This document shows, in pieces, positions 56,896-64,000 of a stretch of 64,000 bases of DNA. Both the position numbers and the translations under genes were made by a program. A model generated the notes under the pieces. That model was not told the origin of the DNA. It saw only the letters and a list, made by a program, of their open reading frames with translations, and did no database searches. The number at the start of each line of letters is the position of its first letter. Position 1 is the stretch's first letter. This stretch comes from an uncultured Chloroflexia bacterium (GTDB taxonomy: Bacteria; Chloroflexota; Limnocylindria; Limnocylindrales; CSP1-4). The DNA lies in contig CAVVJT010000010.1 in NCBI GenBank assembly GCA_963748625.1, positions 1,120,001 through 1,184,000 of the forward strand. The letters are read 5' to 3'.

Positions 56896-57105
56896 TGTCA
56901 TCTGCGACACATGTGGTCAGCCCGTCGCTCGAGACCCCGGCCATCGGCCGGGGTCTCTCCGTGTGTTGCGCCAGTACCACCTGCCAGGCTCGATCAGGTG
57001 CGTGGAGGGGATCTCGCCCGTCTCGAGGGCGACGACCGTGAACTCCTGCTCGTCGACGATGGCGAGGACCCTCCGGCACGAAAGGGCCGCGCCCACCGCT
57101 GCCAC
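56896..57105 (-). mobile_element. IS481-family remnant (one end plus transposase C-terminus)
   Basis: Begins TGTCA right after the tRNA 15-mer; shares CTGCGACACATG and the RRDPGRWPGS.ATG-coding hairpin with the 51684 element. Confidence 0.75.
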
Positions 57106-57299
57106 CCTGTCGCCTTTCTCGTGCGAAGCCGGACGCCCTGTGCGGACCCGGCGACACCCCGATCCTCGGCCGAGACCCGAGCCGAGTGTGGATCACGCCC
57201 CTTGCGGACCACGTGCGTTGCTGTTCGTGCCCGCCCGGGGGCCCTCCTGTCCGCGCCCCGCAACTCGGCTCCGCGGGGTCGGCGCCCTCGACGACCTGC

Positions 57300-58823
57300 C
57301 TACCGGAGGAGAGCGCCCAGGTCGGCTCGAAGCAGCTTGCCGACCGAGCTCCTCGGAAGCCGGTCCAGAAACGTCACCGAGGTTGGCACCTCGTGCGCGG
57401 CGAGGCGGCCGCGAGCGAACTCGAGGAGTTCGGCCTCGGCGAGCGAGCTCCCGTTCCGCAGGACGACGATCGCCGCCCCGACCACATCGCCATCGGGGGT
57501 GGTCATCGGCACGACCCCGGCGTCGGCGACCGCCGGATGGGACATGAGCTGGCGCTCGACATCGCCGGGATAGACCGTCCGACCGGCGACATGGAAGCTG
57601 GCGGCGACGCGATCGACAATCCAGATATCGCCCTCGGCGTCCATGCGTGCCGCGTCGCCGGTACGGAGCCAGCGATCTGGGATCAGCACCTCACTGGTCT
57701 CGGCCGGTCGACGCCAGTACCCGGACATGACGTTCGGGCCACGCGCCAGCAGCTCGCCAGTCTGGCCAGGGTCGACATCGTGTCCGTCGGGATCAACGAT
57801 CCGGACGTCCACGAACAGCGGCGGTCGACCAGCCGACCCGACCTTCCGGAGCGAACGCTCGGCGTCGACAAGGAGCACGACTGGCCCCGCCTCGGATAGC
57901 CCGTAGCCCTGGACCAGGGCGACCCCGCGGTCGTGGTACGCACGGATCAACCGCTCGGGTACCGGTGCGCCCCCAGTCAGGATGAACCTGATGCTGGACA
58001 GATCGGCCACCGGCCATCGCTCGGCGTGCATCAGCTCGTCAAGCACGTCCGGGTTGCCGAAGCCGACGCTGACATGATGCCGCTCGATGGCCTCGAGGAG
58101 GCCGCCACCGGTGACGTCGTCGGGCACGATGACCGTGCCGCCGAGAAAGAGCACGGGCAGGACGTTCACGCCCGTGCCTCCTGCTCGGAAGAACGGGGCT
58201 ACAGCGACCGTCACGTCGTCGCCCCGGAAGTCAGCGCGGGAGAGCACGTTGACCACATTCCAGGTCACGTTGCCGTGGGTAAGCATCACCCCCTTGGGGG
58301 ACGCGGTCGTGCCGGAGGTGTGGGGCAGGAACAGCAGATCGTCGAGCGCGATAGCCGCGTCGAGCGCGTGCTCCGGCGACGCCGCAACGAACGCCTCGTA
58401 GCTGACGGCGCCCGCCACGGTGTCTGGGCCGACGACGAGGCGGTGGCGGACGGAGACGGGCGCGCGCGTGGGCGCCACAGCGAGATGCTCGATCAGCACG
58501 GTGGGCTCGGCGTCCTCCAAGATCAGGGCACGCACGTCCGATGCCAAGCGGTGGTTGACCGGGGCAAGGGCGGCGCCAAGCGTGCCGACCGCGAAGAACG
58601 CCTCAAGGAACGCGCCATGGTTCGGGCCAACCCAGGCGACGCGATCACCCCTGCCAACCCCGAGGCGGCTGAGGCCGCCCGCCAGTCTGCGGATCCGCTT
58701 GGCAAGCTCGGCGTAGGTAATCGCACGATCGCCGGTGATGATCGCTAGACGGTCTGGATTGACCCGCGCTCGTCGTTCGATCCACGAGCCGACACCGACG
58801 ATTGACTCCGCCTCGAAGCTCAT
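57300..58823 (-). CDS. AMP-binding acyl-CoA synthetase (MenE/FadD-like)
   Basis: HTSGTTASPKG, QGYGLSE, LRTGD and LPRSSVGK motifs. Confidence 0.92.
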   Translation of the reverse strand: MSFEAESIVGVGSWIERRARVNPDRLAIITGDRAITYAELAKRIRRLAGGLSRLGVGRGDRVAWVGPNHGAFLEAFFAVGTLGAALAPVNHRLASDVRALILEDAEPTVLIEHLAVAPTRAPVSVRHRLVVGPDTVAGAVSYEAFVAASPEHALDAAIALDDLLFLPHTSGTTASPKGVMLTHGNVTWNVVNVLSRADFRGDDVTVAVAPFFRAGGTGVNVLPVLFLGGTVIVPDDVTGGGLLEAIERHHVSVGFGNPDVLDELMHAERWPVADLSSIRFILTGGAPVPERLIRAYHDRGVALVQGYGLSEAGPVVLLVDAERSLRKVGSAGRPPLFVDVRIVDPDGHDVDPGQTGELLARGPNVMSGYWRRPAETSEVLIPDRWLRTGDAARMDAEGDIWIVDRVAASFHVAGRTVYPGDVERQLMSHPAVADAGVVPMTTPDGDVVGAAIVVLRNGSSLAEAELLEFARGRLAAHEVPTSVTFLDRLPRSSVGKLLRADLGALLR

Positions 58824-58975
58824 CGACGCAGGATGCCAGACGACGGCAAGGGGTCGATCGCACACAGGGCCACCTTCGCCGTCTGTTGTTCCCTCGCGCC
58901 CATCGGGCCCACAGGCGTGGCCGCTCATCGGGGTCCGCCGCACGTGCGAGGACGGCGCTCGACCCGGCTCCGTGG

Positions 58976-59680
58976 TCACCGTGCGCCCGCCGCCATCATC
59001 GAGGGCTCGCTTGCAGGTGCCGTCGCACCGGCAGGTGCTGAGGCGGCCGACGACGAATTGAAGCCCTTGGCGATCAGCCACACAGCCAGGACCATCTCCT
59101 GCAGCGCGAGCGGGGCCATGAGGACATCGAGCGAGAGCTCGAACATGTTCCCAAGCGGCGGCACGATGTAGAGCACGGCCCCCACGAGCCCCCAGGCGGA
59201 CAGCCACCGGGGCACCAGCCGTGACTGGTAGAGCAGGACGTAGAACATCAGGGCGCCGAGCGCGAACGGCACGGCGATCAGCTGGTCCCACGTCACGGCC
59301 ACGGTCGTGCGCACGAGGCCGGCGAGCGGTGCCGCACCAGGTTCCGTGCTGAGCGCGATCAACAGCAGCCAGCCGAGCGCGCCGACGATGTAGATGACCG
59401 TCTCGATCGCGCCCCGGAACACGACGTACCCCATGGCCAGCGTCTCGTTGTACCGCTTGCCGACCGGCCAGAACACGACCGGAACCATCGCGAGCGCGAA
59501 GCCTGCCAGCAGGACGAGCAGGGCTCCGACGGCCAGCTGGTTCGGCTGCTCGGCGACCTGGGCCAGGTAGGCGGGCCCCGTCAGGACGCCATCCGTGACG
59601 ACCGCGCTGAGGACCAGGGTGACCGTGCCGATGATGTACAGCACGCCGATCGCGACGGCGGCCTTCCGATCCGCGCTCAT
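58976..59680 (-). CDS. DUF4386 family membrane protein
   Basis: A..IGVLYII, GYVVFR..E, SRLVPRWL..WGL.G and E..LAVWLIAKGF motifs. Confidence 0.85.
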   Translation of the reverse strand: MSADRKAAVAIGVLYIIGTVTLVLSAVVTDGVLTGPAYLAQVAEQPNQLAVGALLVLLAGFALAMVPVVFWPVGKRYNETLAMGYVVFRGAIETVIYIVGALGWLLLIALSTEPGAAPLAGLVRTTVAVTWDQLIAVPFALGALMFYVLLYQSRLVPRWLSAWGLVGAVLYIVPPLGNMFELSLDVLMAPLALQEMVLAVWLIAKGFNSSSAASAPAGATAPASEPSMMAAGAR

Positions 59681-59729
59681 GCCGGGCCTCCCTGGTGCTG
59701 TCGGCGATCGTTCGGTTCGTGCTCATGCT

Positions 59730-60044
59730 CTATCTCCTGATGTGGTCGACATCGACGTGGACAAGCGTTGTCGGGGGGTCGGGCTCGTCCCGGGTGACCG
59801 AGACGAGCGGCAGGCCGAGGTCGCGCACGCGCTGGAGCAGCCCGTGAAGTGCGGCCTGGTCGGCGACCGGACCGCCGATGAGCGTGGTGCCGTCGCCTTC
59901 ACGGCTGACGGTCAGCCCGTCGAACCACGCGGCCCAGCGCGCGTCGAGGTGCCCGGCCAGCCGGATCTCGTAGCGTCCGGCCCCGGGCCGATCTCCTTCC
60001 GGGGTGTGTCGCTCGGTCATTCCGCTCCTCGTGCGTGTCGCCAT
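59730..60044 (-). CDS. Small hypothetical protein typical downstream of MalT-like regulators (start may be 60020)
   Basis: YEIRLAGHLDARW..WFDG...DQAALHGLL.RVRDLGLPLVSV. Confidence 0.8.
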   Translation of the reverse strand: MATRTRSGMTERHTPEGDRPGAGRYEIRLAGHLDARWAAWFDGLTVSREGDGTTLIGGPVADQAALHGLLQRVRDLGLPLVSVTRDEPDPPTTLVHVDVDHIRR

Positions 60045-60219
60045 CTGGACCTCCGACTGGCAACGCCGACCGGAGTCACTGGACACACCGTGGAGGCGGA
60101 CGTGATGAGCGCGCATCACCACACTTGATGAGCGGCGTGATGATTCGCCAGCGAGACGAATGCACCCCGGGGTCACTGTCCGTGCACGTGACGCGACCCG
60201 GGGGAGCCGGGGCAAACGA

Positions 60220-62988
60220 CTACGCCGTGGGCCGGCGGTCCCGGTTGCGCGAGAGCAGGCCGAGCTCGCCGGCACGGCGGACGGCTGCCCTCCGGCTGTT
60301 CACGCCGAGCTTGGCGTAGATGCTCCTGGTGTGCGACCGCACGGTGGCCACGGACACGGTGAGCTGGCCTGCGATTTCCGGGCCGTCGAGATCGCTCTCC
60401 AGGAGGCGCAGGACCTCGAGCTCGCGTTCGCTGAGCGGTTCGATCAGCGACTGCTTGACGGTCGCTCCTCCCTCCACCGTGACGACCGCGGCCAGGAGTC
60501 GGCGCACGTAGCCCGGAGCCATCCGCTCCTTCGCCGCCAGCTTCAGCAGCGCCGCCATGGGCGGCCCTTCGTCGATGAAGACGCGGACGTAGCCCTCCGG
60601 CTCGGCCAGGGCAACCGCGCGCGCCAGCGAGGCGAGCGCACCCGCCGGATCGTCGCTGGCGTGACGGGCGATCGCCTGCACGACGAGGATGTCGATCGCG
60701 CTCCCGCGGCGCCCACCGTCCTCCGCAGCCGCGAGCAGGCGCTCCGTGAGCTCGATCGCCGCACCGACGCCGTCGTCGGCACGGTCTCGCATTCCGTGCG
60801 CCAGGAGCAGCCTCGCCAGCGTGGCGTGCTCGAATTCGTGCAGGTAGCTGAGCTCGTCCGTGGCCGCGACACGACGCGCCTGCGCCCAGCCCCATGCCGC
60901 CGACAGGTTCCCCTGGGCGATCCACACCCTCGCCATCACGGCGGCGACAGGGCGCACATCGGGGGAGAAGTCGCTCGCATACAGGCGCTCGGCCTCCTCG
61001 AGAAGCTCGAGCGCGCCATCAGGATCCCCTTGCGCCTGTCGGATCCGGGCCGCCGCGACACGCGACCTGTACGGGTTCTGCGACAGGCCGCTCTCCTCAC
61101 CCAGTTCCCGGCTCAGCAACAGGTGCTGCGCCGCGGTCTCGAGGTCGTCGCGCTCGCGGAACAGCTCGCTCATGCCTGTGTGCATGTCCGCCGCCCCCCG
61201 CTGCGCGGGCGCGCCATGTCCGGTCGCAAGCCGCAGTCCCCGCTCGTACGTGCGCATCGCATCGCGGAGACGACCCTGGGCGATCTGGATGTCGGCCTGG
61301 GCGATTGCGCCACCGATGACGTCCGAGAGGTGACCGGCCTCCTGCAGGTTCGCCATGCTCTCGGCGTACGAACGGAGCGCTGCCTCGAGATCCCCACGTG
61401 CCCAGGCAGCGAGTCCCAGCAATCCCGCTGCCGCACCACGCCCGAGCTGATCGTCCTCGTCAACGAGGTCGAGCACGTGTTGGGCATGGGTCCTGGTGGC
61501 GGCCACGTCGCCGTGGGCCATGGCCAGGGCCGCACGGTAGAGGGCGATCGAGCCCGGCAGACGGCGAAACGCATCCTGGTCGACGACGACCATCGCAGTC
61601 GCTCGGGCCCGAGGTTCATCGGGTCCGTCGGCCGTCGTATCCAGCCAGTGTTCGGCGTCTCGCAGTCGGGCATCAACGCCCTCGACCCTGCCTCCCTCCA
61701 GGAGTGTCGCGGCATACGCGACGCTCAGCACGGGCCTGACCCGGATCAGCTCGTCGGGAAGTGCCGCAAGCCACCGGCGCGCGGTGGCCGCCTGCTCCTT
61801 CTGGAACGTCGCCGGGATCGCGAGCTCCACCAGGTCCGCCGCCCGTTCGAAATCCTCGCCGGCCAACGCGTGGCGGATCGCCTCAGACCGGTCACCGTGC
61901 TCCTCGTACCACTCGCAAGCCCGCCGGTGCAGCTCCGGCACCCGCCCGGGTTGCTCGTCCAGGAGGCGGGCCCGCAGCACGTCGGCGAAGAGGTGGTGGT
62001 AGCGGTACCACTGGCGCCGGTCGTCGAGCGAGACCAGGAACAGGTTCCCTCGATCGAGCGCCTCCAGCGTGGCCCTGCCTCCGCCCTGGCCGGTGACGGC
62101 GTCGCACAACGGGCCGCTGAGCCGGCTCAGGAGCGACGTCTCCAGCAGGAAGCTCCGGACCCGTTCGGGCAGCCGATGCAGGACCTCTTCGACCAGGTAG
62201 TCGACGATGTACCGGTCGTCCCCGGCGAAGCCCGCGATGAAGCCGGTGACATCGTCGCGCCCCTGCATCGACAACGCCGCCAATTGGAGAGCAGCGATCC
62301 AGCCTTCGGTACGCTGCGCAAGCGCGGCGACGTCTCCCGAAGCGAGATCCAGCCCCATCACCTCGTTGAGGTAGGCGGTGGCCTCGTCCGGCGTGAAGCG
62401 CAGATCGGCGGCGCGGATCTCGACGAGCTCGCCACGCGCCCGTAGACGGGCCAGCGGCAGCGCGGGATCGGCGCGCGTCGTGAGCACCAGGTGGACCTGT
62501 GGGGGCAGGCGCTCCAGCAGGAACGCCATCCCGCCGTTGATGTCGTGCGAGTCGATCACGTGGTAGTCGTCGAGCGCCAGCACGACCTCGTCCGGCACCG
62601 CGTCGAGCTCGTTGAGCAGCGTGGCGAGGATCGTCTCGATCGGCGGTGGCTGAGGCACCTGCAGGAGGGACAGCGCACGTGCGCCGATCCCCGGCACCAC
62701 CGTCTGCAACGCAGCGATCAGGTAGGTCCAGAGGGAATCCGCTTCGTTGTCTCCAGGGTCGAGGGACACCCACGCCACTGACCGTTCACCAGCAGGAGTG
62801 ACTGCCAGCCACTCGGCCAGGAGCGTCGTCTTGCCGAAGCCGGCCGGGGCGGAGATGAGCGTCAGCTTCGACTCGGCCCCCCGGTTCATGCGCTCGATGA
62901 GCCGCGGGCGTACGACCAGGGCGCGTCGCAGCCTGGGCACGTGGAGTTTGGTCTCGAGCAGCGGGCCTGCGTTGTCCGGCGTTGTCAT
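60220..62988 (-). CDS. MalT-like LuxR family regulator (STAND ATPase-TPR-HTH)
   Basis: LLETKLHVP, APAGFGKTTL, LDDYH, TEGW, YRYHHLF, C-terminal LSERELEVL...IYAKLGV. Confidence 0.95.
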   Translation of the reverse strand: MTTPDNAGPLLETKLHVPRLRRALVVRPRLIERMNRGAESKLTLISAPAGFGKTTLLAEWLAVTPAGERSVAWVSLDPGDNEADSLWTYLIAALQTVVPGIGARALSLLQVPQPPPIETILATLLNELDAVPDEVVLALDDYHVIDSHDINGGMAFLLERLPPQVHLVLTTRADPALPLARLRARGELVEIRAADLRFTPDEATAYLNEVMGLDLASGDVAALAQRTEGWIAALQLAALSMQGRDDVTGFIAGFAGDDRYIVDYLVEEVLHRLPERVRSFLLETSLLSRLSGPLCDAVTGQGGGRATLEALDRGNLFLVSLDDRRQWYRYHHLFADVLRARLLDEQPGRVPELHRRACEWYEEHGDRSEAIRHALAGEDFERAADLVELAIPATFQKEQAATARRWLAALPDELIRVRPVLSVAYAATLLEGGRVEGVDARLRDAEHWLDTTADGPDEPRARATAMVVVDQDAFRRLPGSIALYRAALAMAHGDVAATRTHAQHVLDLVDEDDQLGRGAAAGLLGLAAWARGDLEAALRSYAESMANLQEAGHLSDVIGGAIAQADIQIAQGRLRDAMRTYERGLRLATGHGAPAQRGAADMHTGMSELFRERDDLETAAQHLLLSRELGEESGLSQNPYRSRVAAARIRQAQGDPDGALELLEEAERLYASDFSPDVRPVAAVMARVWIAQGNLSAAWGWAQARRVAATDELSYLHEFEHATLARLLLAHGMRDRADDGVGAAIELTERLLAAAEDGGRRGSAIDILVVQAIARHASDDPAGALASLARAVALAEPEGYVRVFIDEGPPMAALLKLAAKERMAPGYVRRLLAAVVTVEGGATVKQSLIEPLSERELEVLRLLESDLDGPEIAGQLTVSVATVRSHTRSIYAKLGVNSRRAAVRRAGELGLLSRNRDRRPTA

Positions 62989-63162
62989 GTCTCGTGCTTC
63001 ACGGCAGCGGTTCGTGGATGCGCCGTCTGCCGATGCGATGCGCGCCCACGCATTGTGGGCTTCCTGCGGGTCATCTACGTGGACAACAGGCAACCTTCAG
63101 CACGACCGTGCTCGGGGGTCGGCATGCGCCCGATCATCGGTCAGCCCGACGCTGCCCCAACC

Positions 63163-63222
63163 TTGTTGTTCCTGCGCGTCCAACGCCCTCCGGGCGCGCC
63201 AACCTCATGCGTCGCGACATGA
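63163..63222 (+). repeat. att-like junction 2: shared arm, tRNA-Arg 3' end and degenerate IS481 end
   Basis: TTGTTGTTCCTGCGCGTCCAACGC, CCTCCGGGCGCGCCA (63187-63201), then TCATGCGTCGCGACATG. Confidence 0.85.
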
Positions 63223-63250
63223 GCACGACGCCCGTTGCGGTCTTGGGCCC

Positions 63251-64000
63251 TTAGATGTTGAGCCCCACGCCGATCGCGGTTCCCAGCATGATGACCGCGT
63301 CCGCCTCCCCGGCCATCGCCGCGGCCGCGGCATCACCGTCGTTGAGGATCTGGACGGTGACCGGGTAGCCGAGCCGATCCATGAGACGGTCGGCAAGCCG
63401 TCGCGGGAGCGGGACCGTCCCGAGGGACCCGTAGAGTCCCGGCTGCCCGGCGAGCGGCTGCCCGGTCGCAGCCACGTCTGCGGCGATCGCGAGCCCGGCC
63501 GACGACACGCTCAAGCCCTGGACGACGTCGGCGGCCGCGTCGGCGAGGAAGTCGGCGAACGCACCAGCCCGTGGGCCGAGCGGTGGGGCCACCGCCGCCA
63601 TGGTCTCGAGGGTGAGGCATCGCCCACCGTGAACGCTGGCGAGTCCACGCTTGATCCCCGTGAGACCGGCATCGACGAGCACCGCCCGCCCGTCAGGCAG
63701 CCTCGTCGCGGCGCCCCGCAGGGCCAGCGATCCGGGATCGTCGGCCAGCCGGAGCTGAACCTCGCCCGCACCCAGACGGGGCAGCCAGGCGGTCGCGGAC
63801 GCGACCAGTTGTCTGCCGAGCACACCCGATGCGATCCCGCCCCCCAGCACGATCCGGCGCACGGCCGCCCAGCGCTCCCAGTGCTCGGCCGGCCAGTCGG
63901 GGCGTGCCGCGCGCGCATCCTGGGGCCCGAGAACGAGCATCGCGACGAGCCCCGCGAGCGCCACCCCGAGGTCGTCGGCTAGCGCCACGGCCGTGACGTC
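63251..64000 (-). CDS. ROK/ASKHA-like protein, 5' part outside the window
   Basis: IVLGGG, LVDAGLTGIKRG, ILNDGDAAA and LGTAIGVG motifs. Confidence 0.65.
   Translation of the reverse strand, partial: DVTAVALADDLGVALAGLVAMLVLGPQDARAARPDWPAEHWERWAAVRRIVLGGGIASGVLGRQLVASATAWLPRLGAGEVQLRLADDPGSLALRGAATRLPDGRAVLVDAGLTGIKRGLASVHGGRCLTLETMAAVAPPLGPRAGAFADFLADAAADVVQGLSVSSAGLAIAADVAATGQPLAGQPGLYGSLGTVPLPRRLADRLMDRLGYPVTVQILNDGDAAAAAMAGEADAVIMLGTAIGVGLNI

Overview
A very GC-rich bacterial chromosomal segment. Gene content (FMN-riboswitch RibXY-type ABC transporter, split cytochrome b6/subunit IV, DUF2203, many leaderless genes) suggests Chloroflexota, but this is inference. In order, it holds: a partial prenyltransferase-repeat/GGDEF fusion; a yybP-ykoY riboswitch with TerC; tRNA-Lys(TTT); a TetR-controlled DUF4188/flavodoxin pair; a W/Mo aldehyde:ferredoxin oxidoreductase cluster (moeA, aor, moaD, moeB, modE, radical SAM/SPASM); an FMN-riboswitch ABC transporter; and assorted housekeeping genes. 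The most striking coding feature is a six-gene minus-strand operon coupling a GltD/NfnB-like NAD(P)H flavoprotein with an extra ferredoxin domain to cytochrome b6, subunit IV, a Rieske protein, a cytochrome c-cupredoxin fusion and a Kelch-repeat membrane protein. Further on are an HTH-GAF-GGDEF fusion, an amino-acid ABC transporter, a candidate sRNA with two anti-Shine-Dalgarno loops, and WYL, CAP, HD and M23 genes. tRNA-Arg(TCG) at 51608 is an integration hotspot: a 286-bp mini-IS481 with a 15-bp target duplication follows it, and two cargo segments each end in the same att-like junction (about 56880 and 63190), with no integrase in view. Several genes between 25 and 47 kb are frameshifted, probably from sequencing error. 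Start codons were chosen by eye and family calls come from motif recognition; no database searches were run.
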